From: Nitrosomonadales bacterium
Lineage (GTDB): Bacteria; Pseudomonadota; Gammaproteobacteria; Burkholderiales; Gallionellaceae
Length of the DNA stretch: 47,524 nucleotides
Direction of reading: 5' to 3'
Assembly (NCBI GenBank): GCA_016218475.1
Contig: JACREB010000061.1
Coordinates: forward strand, 1-47,524
Shown: positions 1-9,791 of the stretch, piece by piece
Layout of the letters: each line of letters begins with the position of its first letter
Position numbering within the stretch: position 1 is the first letter of the stretch
Made by a program: the position numbers and the translations under genes
Notes under the pieces: model-generated
Told to the model about the DNA's origin: nothing
The model's database searches: none
The model's input: only the letters and a program-made list of their open reading frames with translations

Positions 1-345
1 CGCGAGGAGAAAGTGGGCGAGCGCGACTGCTACGTGGTGAAGAGCACGCCGAAAGGCGCGGATTCTGACTTCGGCTACAAGTTTACCTGGGTGGACAAGG
101 CCAATTTTTTGCCGCTCAAGGAAGAGCAATACGACAGGAAGAGCGCCCGTTACAAGCAGTTCACCGCCGATGAAATCGCCGATGTGAAGGGCACCCCCAC
201 AGTGGTCAAACGCACCATGAAAAATTTGCAGACCGGCCATCGCACCGAGGTCGCTTACCTCAAGTCTGACTATAACCTCGGCATTGAGGACAGTCTGTTC
301 TCCGAACGCTTCCTGCGCCAGCCGCCGCGCAAATGGGTTGACTGA
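1..345 (+). CDS. Outer-membrane lipoprotein-sorting (LolA-like) protein, C-terminal part; 5' end outside window
   Basis: Open frame from the window start; C-terminal motif Y-N-x-G-I-x-D-x-x-F-S-E-R-x-L typical of the family; stop overlaps the next ATG (TGATG). Confidence 0.7.
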   Translation, partial: REEKVGERDCYVVKSTPKGADSDFGYKFTWVDKANFLPLKEEQYDRKSARYKQFTADEIADVKGTPTVVKRTMKNLQTGHRTEVAYLKSDYNLGIEDSLFSERFLRQPPRKWVD

Positions 346-540
346 TGCTGCGAACGATCTCGTTTTTTACGGTCTTTCTGCTTGCACCACTTGCGGCGAG
401 TGCGGAGGTCACGCTCTCCGGCTTCATGCAGCAGAACACGGCCTTCAATACCGCCGGGCAAAATCCCGATGGTCGCCATTACAAGTGGCTGGAGGAACGC
501 GCCCAGATCAAGCCCGACGCTACTGGCGATGCCTGGCGGC
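336..540 (+). repeat. Imperfect 205-bp direct repeat, copy 1 (copy 2 at 3562-3766)
   Basis: GGTTGACT(G/A)ATGCTGCGAACG...GCCTGGCGGC is colinear at a constant offset of 3226. Confidence 0.85.
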
Positions 541-551
541 GACCCCGCTGA
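345..551 (+). pseudogene. Truncated 5' copy of the outer-membrane protein gene at 3571-4791
   Basis: 68 aa nearly identical to the N-terminus of 3571-4791 (SGFxQQNTAFNTAGQNPDGRHYKWLEERA), then stops. Confidence 0.8.
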
Positions 552-734
552 ATTTGGCATAAGCGAAAATTCTCAATGGCCGCTTGCAGGAAGGCAATCA
601 GCATGGGGGGCAAGGAGCTTTGTGCCAATAGTGGAATAGTGGAACTTGGAGAAGTATGAGAACATAAAACGGTGTAGCATATTGCGCTCTGCGCTTGCCT
701 TGCGCCAAAGGTTTTCCCGATAAGGAGCGGTTCC

Positions 735-1962
735 ATGGAAAAAAGAAAATCTGACAAATTGATTCCCGAGTACCAAACTGCAATCCGTTCAATGCGCGAC
801 GGCAAGTTTGGTCAGTCGGTTCCGGTTGACCTCAACGATAAAATTGGCCAACTGGGTCATGAACTGAATGATCTTGCCCGTGAACTTGAAAGAAAATTCG
901 ATGAATCGTCCAAGATGCGGGAAATTTCTGAAGAAATCATTGCCGGCCTGTTTCTCGATGATGTGTTGAACCGGGCATTTGACAGTTTTCATTCGGTCAT
1001 TCCCTACAACCGGATGGGCTGTGCGCTGTTACACGATGAAAATAAGACAGCTACCGCATACTGGGCAAAGACGGATGCTCCCCAAGCCTGTCTAAAAGTC
1101 GGGCACACAGCGGCAATGGCCGGAAGCAGCTTGCAGCAAATCATTGAAACCGGCCAGCCGCGCATCCTGAACGACCTCGAAGCCTATCTTGCCGAGCATC
1201 CCGCATCGGCTTCCACCAAACTGATCGTTGAGGAAGGCATGAGATCAAACCTTACCTGCCCGCTCATTGCGGGGGGGGGTAAACCCGTGGGCTTCCTGTT
1301 CTTTTCAAGCAAGGAGAAAAACACCTACCGTGACATCCATCAGAACATCTTCTTGCAGATTGCCGGGCAGATTTCAATCTTGATCGAAAAAAGCCGGCTG
1401 TACCAGCAACTCTATGAACTCAACCAGAAACTCCTTTCGGCGCAGCACGAGTTGCAGCATAAGGCGACACACGATACGCTTACCGGGATCTATAAACCGT
1501 GGCGCAATAAGCGAACATCTGGAAGCCCAGCTTGCGCGCGCCAAGCGGCACAAACAGCCGCTCGGCGTTGTCATACTTGACGTGGATCATTTCAAGCAGG
1601 TCAATGATACTTACGGGCATCCTGCCGGCGACGCGGTGCTCAAGACAGTTGCCGCCAGGATGAAAGAATGCCTGCGCGAGTATGACTATATCGGGCGCTA
1701 TGGCGGCGAGGAATTTATGGTGGTGCTTGGCGATGCCGACTATGAGACGGCGGTAAAAACTGCCGAGCGGTTAAATCAGGCCGTCGGGGGTGAAACAGTT
1801 GTATTTGGCGACAAACAGCTTGCCGTCACCATAAGTGCAGGCGTTGCTGTCGCTGAAAATTTCGCCGCGCTTAATCCAGACCAGATTGTCATGGCAGCCG
1901 ATCAGGAACTCTACAAGGCCAAGGCAACCGGGCGCAACCGGGTTGAAGTTTGTCGGATTTAG
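735..1962 (+). pseudogene. HAMP-GAF-GGDEF diguanylate cyclase, frameshifted
   Basis: ORF 735-1580 has a GAF domain ending in ATHDTLTGIY; ORF 1414-1962 continues NRGAI...DVDHFKQVNDTYGH...GRYGGEEF; one extra A in the run at 1494-1496 breaks the frame. Confidence 0.8.
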
Positions 1963-2164
1963 CTATTCGTTTTGTACTGAGTGGTGAGCCAGTTACCTTC
2001 GAACCTTGAAGTTCTCCTATGTGTCGAGTGCTGCATGTCGTGACCGTCCGCTGTCGGGCAATGTAATTTGCCAGCCTGCTAAATTGGCTATATGGCATTT
2101 GTCATTTATAACAAGCTTATTGACGCCCTACGGCGCTACGCGATATTTAAGAAGGGGGTAAGAC

Positions 2165-3268
2165 ATGACTCGTAAAAAAACATCTCCGTCAGGTACGCAG
2201 GACGTAGTGGATCACATGTCAGCGCCGGGTCTGGTCAGCGACATTCGACGCCTGATCGAAGAGGCCAGGGCTGGGCTGGCCGCCACGGTCAATTCGGCTT
2301 TGACGCTGCTTCACTGGCGCATTGGTCAACGCATCCGCACCGAAGTGCTCAAGGGCGAACGCGCTGGCTACGGTGAGCAGATTGTCTCGACGCTGGCGAG
2401 ACAATTGGAGGCAGAACACGGGCGCGGTTTCAGCACCCAGAACCTGCGCCACATGCTGCGCTTTGCCGAGGTGTTCGAGGCTGAGGAGATTGTCTACGCG
2501 CTGAGTAGACAATTGAGTTGGACGCATTTGCGCAGCCTGATATATATCGACGACCCGCTTAAACGCGAGTTTTATCTGGAGATGTGCCGAAGTGAAAGTT
2601 GGAGCACACGCACCCTGCAAGGCCGGTTGGATTCCATGTTGTTCGAGCGCACTGCCTTATCGCGCAAACCCGATGAGTTACTGACAATTGAACTCGCGGC
2701 TCTACGGGAGCAAGGCGAGTTGAGCCCAAATCTCGTGCTCAAAGATCCTTACATCCTCGATTTTCTTGGTCTGCAAGATCGCTATCTGGAAAAGGATTTG
2801 GAAGATGCCATCTTGCGCGAGCTGGAAAATTTCCTGCTGGAGCTGGGAGCGGGGTTCACTTTTGTCGCCCGCCAGAAGCGGTTGCAAATCGACAACGATG
2901 ACTTCTACATCGACCTGCTGTTCTATAACCGCCGCCTCAAACGTCTAGTGGCCATTGAGCTGAAGCTCGGCGAATTCAAAGCGGCTGACAAAGGCCAGAT
3001 GGAGCTCTACCTGCGCTGGCTCGCCAAGCATGAGCAAGAGCCAGACGAAGCGCCGCCGCTGGGTATTATTCTATGCACGGGCAAGAAGCGCGAACAGATC
3101 GAGCTTCTTGAACTGGATCAAACCGGCATCCATGTTGCCGAATATCTGACCGGCCTGCCGTCACGGCAACTGCTGGAGCAGAAGTTGCACGAGGCGGTGG
3201 CGCTGTCGAAAGCTCGGCTGGAAAATCGCGTGAACCCTGCCGAGGGTGAGGTGGAGGGTGATGCGTGA
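2165..3268 (+). CDS. DUF1016/YhcG PD-(D/E)XK nuclease family protein
   Basis: Motifs LSWTH, KDPYILDFLGL, FLLELGAGFTFVARQKR, IDLLFYNRRL, IELK, GQMELYL. Confidence 0.9.
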   Translation: MTRKKTSPSGTQDVVDHMSAPGLVSDIRRLIEEARAGLAATVNSALTLLHWRIGQRIRTEVLKGERAGYGEQIVSTLARQLEAEHGRGFSTQNLRHMLRFAEVFEAEEIVYALSRQLSWTHLRSLIYIDDPLKREFYLEMCRSESWSTRTLQGRLDSMLFERTALSRKPDELLTIELAALREQGELSPNLVLKDPYILDFLGLQDRYLEKDLEDAILRELENFLLELGAGFTFVARQKRLQIDNDDFYIDLLFYNRRLKRLVAIELKLGEFKAADKGQMELYLRWLAKHEQEPDEAPPLGIILCTGKKREQIELLELDQTGIHVAEYLTGLPSRQLLEQKLHEAVALSKARLENRVNPAEGEVEGDA

Positions 3269-3567
3269 TGTCGTGTAGCTGCCCAATAAGTCAGAAGCCA
3301 TCTCACCAATTGAACTGGTCGCACTATGTCGAATTGCTCAAGCTGGACGACGATCTGGAGCGTAGTTTTTATGAGCAGCAAGCCATTGCCGAGCGCTGGT
3401 CTATGCCAGAGCTCAAGCGGCAAAAGGCCGCCGCGTTGTTTTTGCGTCTTGCTGCCAGCAAAGACAAGGCAGGCATCATGCAGCTCGCCAGGCAAGGCCA
3501 AATCGTTGCCCAGCCTGCCGACTTGCTGCGCGAGCCTTATGTATTCGAGCTCCTTAAAATAGGTTGA
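3265..3567 (+). pseudogene. Internal fragment of a second DUF1016 paralog
   Basis: LNWSHYVELL...ERSFYE...WS..ELKRQ...LREPYVFELL; N- and C-terminal parts missing; ends at the repeat boundary. Confidence 0.75.
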
Positions 3568-3766
3568 CTAATGCTGCGAACGGTCACGCTCTCTGCGGTT
3601 CTTCTGCTGGTGCCGCCAGCGGCGCGGGCGGAGGCCACGCTCTCCGGCTTCCTGCAGCAGAATACGGCCTTCAACACCGCCGGGCAAAATCCCGATGGCC
3701 GCCATTACAAGTGGCTGGAGGAGCGCGCCCGGATCAAGCTCGACGCCACCGAAGGCGCCTGGCGGC
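3562..3766 (+). repeat. Imperfect 205-bp direct repeat, copy 2
   Basis: Colinear with 336-540. Confidence 0.85.
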
Positions 3767-4791
3767 TGCTGGCGAAGGGCGATCTGGCCTACGACCACCT
3801 CGGTCGCCAGGGGGAGAGTGAACTGCGCGAGGGCTACATCGACTATGCGGGAGGCAACTGGGATTTGCGCCTTGGCCGGCAGGTCATCACCTGGGGCTTG
3901 GGCGACCTGGTGTTCGTGAATGACTTCTTTCCCAAGGATCACGAGGCGCTGTTTGCCGGGCGACCGCTGGAATACCTCAAGCGCGGCGTGGATGCGGTGA
4001 AGCTGGGCGCCTATCCCGAGTTTGCTTCGTTCGAACTGGTGCTGTCACCGAATTTCCGCGAGAGCCGCACCCCGGATGCGCGCCGATTCGGGCTTTACGA
4101 CCCGATGCCAGCGGTCGCCAATCGCGAAACCGTCAAGCCGGGGCAAGGGGACATCGGGTTGCGCGCTTACCGAGATGTAGCGGGCTATGATGCCGCACTC
4201 TACTTGTATCGCGGCTTCCAGCGCACGCCCTCGATGCGGTCGGATAACATGACAGCGACAACGAAGATCACGTATTTCTACCCCAAGCTTTCGATCTATG
4301 GTGCCAGCCTTTCCGGGCGTGCGGGCGAAGGGGTGCTGAGCCTGGAAGCAGCTTATTACGATTCGAGCGAGGATCGTGCGGGGAACGACTTTGCCGTGCC
4401 CAACTCGCAGACGCGGCTGCTTGCCGGCTACCAGATACAGCCGGCGGAGGACACCTCGCTCGGTTTTCAGTACTACGCCGAAGCCATGCATGACTACGGC
4501 GCCTACCGTGTTGCGCTGCCCACCGGATTTCCGGTCGACAAGCGCTGGAGCCATACTGTCACGGCGCGTCTGACGCAGCTATTTTTGCACCAGACGCTAC
4601 GCCTTTCCGCTTATGCTTCGTACAACACAGGCAACGGCGACCACTTTGTAAACCCGGAACTACGCTATAGTTTCACCGACAGGGTATGGGGCGCGGTCGG
4701 CGCCAACTTCCTCGGCGGCAAGCCGTGGGGCCAGTTCGGGCAACTCTCGCGCGACGACAACGTGTATCTCCAAGCCCGTTACGAATTCTGA
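3571..4791 (+). CDS. Outer-membrane beta-barrel protein (DUF1302-like)
   Basis: Signal peptide; LREGYID and DLRLGRQVITWG motifs; C-terminal ...ARYEF barrel signature. Confidence 0.7.
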   Translation: MLRTVTLSAVLLLVPPAARAEATLSGFLQQNTAFNTAGQNPDGRHYKWLEERARIKLDATEGAWRLLAKGDLAYDHLGRQGESELREGYIDYAGGNWDLRLGRQVITWGLGDLVFVNDFFPKDHEALFAGRPLEYLKRGVDAVKLGAYPEFASFELVLSPNFRESRTPDARRFGLYDPMPAVANRETVKPGQGDIGLRAYRDVAGYDAALYLYRGFQRTPSMRSDNMTATTKITYFYPKLSIYGASLSGRAGEGVLSLEAAYYDSSEDRAGNDFAVPNSQTRLLAGYQIQPAEDTSLGFQYYAEAMHDYGAYRVALPTGFPVDKRWSHTVTARLTQLFLHQTLRLSAYASYNTGNGDHFVNPELRYSFTDRVWGAVGANFLGGKPWGQFGQLSRDDNVYLQARYEF

Positions 4792-5117
4792 CTTCGGCCA
4801 TAAAGCGCAGAGGATGCATGACATGGTAAGTGACCGGGACAGTTTTGATTGGCGGGGTACGATAGCGGTGTAAATTATCGGATGTGAAACGGGTTATGCC
4901 GGGGATTAAACTTGGCGCTGGCTGCCTTGCCGAGCTGTTTTACCGGAGAACGAACGGCAAGCATTCACTGTTACAATTCGCGAGCTTTGCCGCAGCGCGG
5001 GGTTCAAATTCCGGGAGCATCAGTCTGACGAGGGTTGCGTTCCTGATCAGGGCGTAGTCCGGCTGTTTGCAGGGCAAATGGTTTCAGTAGGGCTTTTGAC
5101 CCACCACGCCGAGGAAC

Positions 5118-6140
5118 ATGATGCACGCCGTTTTGCCCCTGTTACAGGTCACCGGATTTCCTGCGCTGTATCGCGGCCAGCTCGATACGCTACAGGTCAA
5201 TCTGGGCTATAGATGCAATCAATCCTGTTTGCATTGTCACGTCAACGCCGGCCCAAACCGCAAGGAAACGATGAATGAGGAGATGCTGGAACTTGCCCTG
5301 CGGGTGTTGGCGGCGCGCCGGATCGGAACGCTCGACCTGACCGGCGGCGCGCCGGAGATGCATCACCAGTTTCGCGATCTGGTAGGCAAGGCAACCGCCT
5401 TGGGTGTGAAGGTAATTGACCGCTGCAACCTGACAGTCTTGTTCGAGCCGGGGCAGGATGGCCTGGCCGAATTTCTTGCGCGCCACAAGGTGGAGGTGGC
5501 GGCGTCGCTGCCGTGTTATTTATCGGAAAATGTCGACATGCAACGCGGAGAGGGCGTGTTCGATAAAAGCATCGCGGCGCTATTGCAGTTCAATGCGCTG
5601 GGCTATGGGCGCGAAGGCAGCGGCCTCACCTTGAATCTGGCCTACAACCCGCAAGGCCCTTCGCTTCCCCCGGATCAAATTGCGCTGCAGGCGGATTACA
5701 GGCGCGAATTGTCCGAACGATATGGCATCGTCTTCAATCAGTTGTTTGCGATTGCCAATATGCCCATCCAGCGTTTTGGCAGCACGCTGATTTCCAGGGG
5801 GCAATTCAACGATTACATGCGCCTGCTGAAGAAAAATTTCTCCACCGCAAATATCGCCAGCGTGATGTGCCGCAATCTGGTCAGCGCGGATTGGCAGGGC
5901 TATCTTTACGACTGCGATTTCAACCAGCAGCTCGGGCTGGCGTTGCCGGGCGAAGGCCGTCCGCACCTGCGCGACCTGCTGCATACCGATTTGCGGGGCA
6001 ACCTTGTCAGTGTCGCCGATCACTGCCATGGCTGCACTGCAGGGCAGGGGAGCAGTTGCGGCGGCGCGCTGCACAAAGAGCTTGTCGCGAATAATTCAGG
6101 GCTGAATTATTCACGGACAAGTTCTGAGCGGGTGGCATGA
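5118..6140 (+). CDS. arsS: Radical SAM/Cys-rich protein, arsenosugar biosynthesis ArsS family
   Basis: CNQSCLHC; DLTGGAPEM; C-terminal MCR...YDCDFNQ...HCHGCTAGQGSSCGG. Confidence 0.85.
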   Translation: MMHAVLPLLQVTGFPALYRGQLDTLQVNLGYRCNQSCLHCHVNAGPNRKETMNEEMLELALRVLAARRIGTLDLTGGAPEMHHQFRDLVGKATALGVKVIDRCNLTVLFEPGQDGLAEFLARHKVEVAASLPCYLSENVDMQRGEGVFDKSIAALLQFNALGYGREGSGLTLNLAYNPQGPSLPPDQIALQADYRRELSERYGIVFNQLFAIANMPIQRFGSTLISRGQFNDYMRLLKKNFSTANIASVMCRNLVSADWQGYLYDCDFNQQLGLALPGEGRPHLRDLLHTDLRGNLVSVADHCHGCTAGQGSSCGGALHKELVANNSGLNYSRTSSERVA

Positions 6141-6802
6141 AAAGAGCAATTCTTGCCTTGCTGGTTGTCGCGGCCATCGCGCTATTTTTTGGCATGGGCC
6201 TCGACCAATACCTGACGTTGGGTGCGCTCAAGGAAAGCCAGGGGAAATTCGCGGTCATGCTGGAGCAGTCACCCGTGCGGGTCACGCTGACAGCCTTTGT
6301 TCTGTATATTGTTGTTGTGGCGCTGTCCTTGCCGGGCGCTGCGATCATGGGGCTGGCAATGGGCGCCTTGTTCGGCCTCTGGTATGGCACGCTGCTGGTG
6401 TCTTTTGCGTCAACGATCGGTGCGACGCTGGCGTTCCTGACCTCGCGCTACCTGCTGCGCGATTTCGTGCAGCGTCGTTTCGGCGGCAAGCTGGAAGCGA
6501 TCAACGGGGGCATGGCGAAGGATGGGGCGCTTTATCTTTTCATGCTGCGCCTCGTGCCGGCCTTTCCTTTTTTTCTGATCAACCTGCTGATGGGTTTGAC
6601 CCAAATCCGCACGCGCACCTTCTACTGGGTCAGCCAGTTGGGCATGCTGGCCGGAACAATTGTGTATGTGAATGCGGGCACACAATTGGCGCGCATCGAA
6701 AGCCTGTCCGAAATTTCTTCGCCGGAAGTGCTGTTATCCTTCGCCTTGCTCGGCGTGTTTCCGTTGATCGCAAAGCGGATTGTCCGGGCGATGCAAAAGT
6801 GA
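6137..6802 (+). CDS. TVP38/TMEM64 (DedA/VTT) membrane protein
   Basis: Hydrophobic; LSLPGA and LRLVPAFPFFLINLLMGLT motifs. Confidence 0.85.
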   Translation: MKRAILALLVVAAIALFFGMGLDQYLTLGALKESQGKFAVMLEQSPVRVTLTAFVLYIVVVALSLPGAAIMGLAMGALFGLWYGTLLVSFASTIGATLAFLTSRYLLRDFVQRRFGGKLEAINGGMAKDGALYLFMLRLVPAFPFFLINLLMGLTQIRTRTFYWVSQLGMLAGTIVYVNAGTQLARIESLSEISSPEVLLSFALLGVFPLIAKRIVRAMQK

Positions 6803-6809
6803 CGCGCCC

Positions 6810-7496
6810 ATGCGACTCTCGATCATTATCCCGGTACTCGACGAAGCAGAAGGTTTGCAAGGCAGGCTTGAGCATCTTGTATCGCTATGCGGGCGCGACA
6901 GCGAGGTGATTATGGTCGATGGGGGAAGTGAGGATGGCTCGCCACAAGCGGCCTTGCGCGCGGGCGCGCAGGTGATTCGCGGCGGGCGCGGCCGGGCGCG
7001 GCAGATGAACGCGGGCGCGGCAGTCGCCCGGGGCGATGTTCTGTTATTTCTTCATGCCGACACTATATTGCCGCATACCGCGCGGCAAGCAATCGAGTCC
7101 GCCATCCGGCTTGGCGGAGGAGCACAGGAGCATGCATGGGGGCGTTTTGATGTGTGTATCGCAGGCCGCACATTCATGTTGCGTGTGATCGCCAGCATGA
7201 TGAACTGGCGTTCGCGCCTTAGCGGAATCGCCACAGGCGATCAAGCCATGTTTATGACACGCCGCGCATTCGAATCGGCGGGCGGTTTCCCGGATCAGCC
7301 ATTGATGGAGGATATCGAGTTGTCCAAGCGGTTGCTGGCGTTGTCCGGGCCGATTTGCCTGACGGACCGGGTAATCACTTCCGGGCGGCGTTGGGAGGAG
7401 CATGGAGTATGGAAGACGATATGGCTGATGTGGCGATTGCGCTGGCTATATTGGCGCGGTGTGCCCGCACGCGAACTGGCTGAATTATACCGATGA
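6810..7496 (+). CDS. GT2 glycosyltransferase, TIGR04283 type
   Basis: LSIIIPVLDE, DGGSED, GRARQMNAGA, FLHADT, GDQAMF, LMEDIE, TSGRRW. Confidence 0.85.
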   Translation: MRLSIIIPVLDEAEGLQGRLEHLVSLCGRDSEVIMVDGGSEDGSPQAALRAGAQVIRGGRGRARQMNAGAAVARGDVLLFLHADTILPHTARQAIESAIRLGGGAQEHAWGRFDVCIAGRTFMLRVIASMMNWRSRLSGIATGDQAMFMTRRAFESAGGFPDQPLMEDIELSKRLLALSGPICLTDRVITSGRRWEEHGVWKTIWLMWRLRWLYWRGVPARELAELYR

Positions 7497-8095
7497 CCCG
7501 GATAATTATTTTTGCCAAGGCGCCGCAGCCCGGCTTTGCAAAGACGCGGCTCATCCCTGCGCTCGGGCAAGACGGTGCGGCAAAATTGGCGCGGCAGATG
7601 CTGTTCAATACGCTGCACGAGGCAGTTGCCGCAGAGGCAGGGCAAGTTGAATTGTGTGTAACCCCTGATATCCATGAGGCTGCGTGGCGGGGAATACAAC
7701 TGGCGGCGGGTATCGAAGTTTCCGGTCAAGGCGGCGGGGATCTGGGTGCGCGGCTTGCCCGCGCGGCGCGGCGCGGACTTGCGCACGGCGAACCGGTGCT
7801 GCTGATCGGCACAGACTGCGTCGAAATGAGCGCGCCGCTCCTGCGCTCGGCCGCAGCCGCGCTCGAACATAAAGATGCTGTCATTCATCCTGCGGCAGAT
7901 GGCGGCTACGCCTTGCTGGGGCTTGCACGGTTTCATATGCTGTTGTTTGAGAATATGGCCTGGAGTTCGGACAGGGTGGCCTCCGAGACCATCGGCAGAA
8001 TTGGCAAATTAGGCTGGTCGCTTGAAATGGGCGCACCATTGCACGACATTGACGGGCCGGGTGATCTGGGGCGTGTCCCGCCGAATTGGCTGTAG
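7493..8095 (+). CDS. TIGR04282/DUF2064 glycosyltransferase-like (CofC-like) protein
   Basis: IFAKAPxPGxAKTRL, QGGGDLGARL, IGTDC, PAADGGY, DID. Confidence 0.85.
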   Translation: MTRIIIFAKAPQPGFAKTRLIPALGQDGAAKLARQMLFNTLHEAVAAEAGQVELCVTPDIHEAAWRGIQLAAGIEVSGQGGGDLGARLARAARRGLAHGEPVLLIGTDCVEMSAPLLRSAAAALEHKDAVIHPAADGGYALLGLARFHMLLFENMAWSSDRVASETIGRIGKLGWSLEMGAPLHDIDGPGDLGRVPPNWL

Positions 8096-8164
8096 GCATG
8101 TTTGCAATGTATAGCCCTATCTGTGGGATGGTTTGTCGGCATATTCCATTTATTAAATTTTGCT

Positions 8165-8192
8165 TTGACAAGAAAAATTGTTATGCTATATT
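8165..8192 (+). promoter_or_regulatory. Putative sigma70 promoter for the cytochrome island
   Basis: TTGACA-16 nt-TATATT with an extended -10 TG, in an AT-rich intergenic region. Confidence 0.5.
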
Positions 8193-8420
8193 TGAACCTG
8201 TCGCTGTTATGCCATACATAAATTTGTTGCTAAACAGGAGCGGGATGTTGTAGGGTAACGCCTCCGGGAATCAATATTTGTTGGCATAACGAACAATATT
8301 AAATTGCGCTGCCAAGCCATTGGTTTGTGCATTACAAGAAAATATAAAAATAAAAAATAATAATTACATATCAATTTGTCTTTTTTGAATCCACAGAAAC
8401 AAACTAGAAAGGAGTACGAC

Positions 8421-9074
8421 ATGAGACTGCTGGCAGTCACCGTTTCCCTTGGGGCGGCTTTACTGGTCATGACGACAGCACCCAGCTATGCGGCTGGCGG
8501 GGATGCAATTTTCAAGAAGAGCTGTTCTAACTGCCATTACACCGATGGCCCGGCAAAGGAAAAGACAATAGCAGACCAACTGGCGAAGAAGGGGCCTGAG
8601 TTGTGGTATGCGGGCAGCAAATTCAAGAAGGATTGGCTAACTGCATGGCTGCAGGCTCCAAAACCAATCCGTCCGATGAAATACAACTCGATAACTGACA
8701 AGAACCCTGGCGACCACCCCAAGATGTCGGCCGGAGATGCGGCTGCTGTCACGGATTTCCTGATGGGATTGAAATCAGCGGAAGTCAAGGCGGGCGTGAT
8801 TAAAGCAGAGGTGTCCGTGAGGGGACGTAAAATCTTCACCAAGGATATGCCTTGCGGCGGATGCCACGAATATTCGACGAAGGATGGTTTGCTCGGTGGA
8901 AAGAGCGGACCCAGCCTGGCAGGATCCAGCAAGAGGCTGAACCCTGATTGGATTTACGCCTACCTGGCGAATATCAAGGTGTTCAAGCCGGTTCGGGATA
9001 TGCCCGACTTTGGCAGCGTGCTTGGCCCGAAAGACATAGAGAACGTGGCGGCGTTTGTGGCTACTTTCGAGTAA
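8421..9074 (+). CDS. Periplasmic diheme cytochrome c
   Basis: AAGGAG RBS; signal peptide; CSNCH and CGGCH. Confidence 0.85.
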   Translation: MRLLAVTVSLGAALLVMTTAPSYAAGGDAIFKKSCSNCHYTDGPAKEKTIADQLAKKGPELWYAGSKFKKDWLTAWLQAPKPIRPMKYNSITDKNPGDHPKMSAGDAAAVTDFLMGLKSAEVKAGVIKAEVSVRGRKIFTKDMPCGGCHEYSTKDGLLGGKSGPSLAGSSKRLNPDWIYAYLANIKVFKPVRDMPDFGSVLGPKDIENVAAFVATFE

Positions 9075-9099
9075 TGTGAACCAACGGAGGGATAAACTC

Positions 9100-9453
9100 A
9101 TGTCGAGATTTGTATTAGTAACCACCATGGCGCTTGGTCTGGCCTTGAGTGCAGCGGGTTCGGCGCAGGCGGCAGACACGAAGCAACTGTTCGAGTTTTA
9201 TTGCGCCCAGTGTCACGGTGTCAAGGGGGACGGCAAAGGCATCAACGTCGGGAAGGATTTCGCTACTGACCCGCGCAACTTCACCGATTCCGTAGAAATG
9301 GCAAAGCGCACCGATGACGATATCAAGACCGTGATCAAGGACGGCGGTCCTGCCATCAGTAAATCGCCATTGATGCCGCCTTGGGGCGCAACCTTGTCTG
9401 CGGCGCAAGTTGATGAGTTGCTGGCTTATATTCGGAAATTTGCTAAAAAATAG
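9100..9453 (+). CDS. Periplasmic monoheme cytochrome c
   Basis: GGAGG RBS; signal peptide; CAQCH; distal MPPW. Confidence 0.85.
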   Translation: MSRFVLVTTMALGLALSAAGSAQAADTKQLFEFYCAQCHGVKGDGKGINVGKDFATDPRNFTDSVEMAKRTDDDIKTVIKDGGPAISKSPLMPPWGATLSAAQVDELLAYIRKFAKK

Positions 9454-9467
9454 AGCGCGCAGCCCGA

Positions 9468-9572
9468 ATGAAAGAGATACATAAGAAATATCTTGCTGAT
9501 GGTGTTATTTTTTCCGGGTTGTTGGTGAATGTTGTCTTCATTTGCCTGATCACGTATTATTTCGTCTTATAG
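9468..9572 (+). CDS. Small single-TM peptide (34 aa, MKEIHKKYLADGVIFSGLLVNVVFICLITYYFVL)
   Basis: Translated by hand; charged N-terminus plus one hydrophobic helix; operonic position. Confidence 0.5.
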   Translation: MKEIHKKYLADGVIFSGLLVNVVFICLITYYFVL

Positions 9573-9661
9573 TTGGCAGGGTCAGCGTGGGGTGTCGCAC
9601 CCTCTTGCTGGGGAGATTGTGCGTCAGCAGCAAGCTGAATCGTTGTGAGAAGGGTTGTGAC

Positions 9662-9787
9662 ATGAGCGCAGGTGAATGCAACACAGATGAATGCGGGGTA
9701 ACGAAGTACCCTTGGGCGGGGCCGGCTTTTTTTACGTCGGTTCTGATTGGCTTGATCGTTTTTTTTGTGTGGTTCTTAAAGGCGTAA
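9662..9787 (+). CDS. Small single-TM peptide (41 aa)
   Basis: MSAGECNTDECGVTKYPWAGPAFFTSVLIGLIVFFVWFLKA; one TM helix. Confidence 0.55.
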   Translation: MSAGECNTDECGVTKYPWAGPAFFTSVLIGLIVFFVWFLKA

Positions 9788-9791
9788 TGAC

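Noticed and set aside
1963-2164. attC site or family B element between the GGDEF and DUF1016 genes
   Set aside because: Only weak partial resemblance; no complete R''/L''/L'/R' arrangement or fixed 60-bp ends
4990-5020. tRNA-like GGTTCAAATTCC segment
   Set aside because: No acceptor, D or anticodon stems could be folded around it
5118-6140. Selenocysteine in the ArsS-family protein
   Set aside because: The frame is open with Cys codons throughout and has no in-frame TGA
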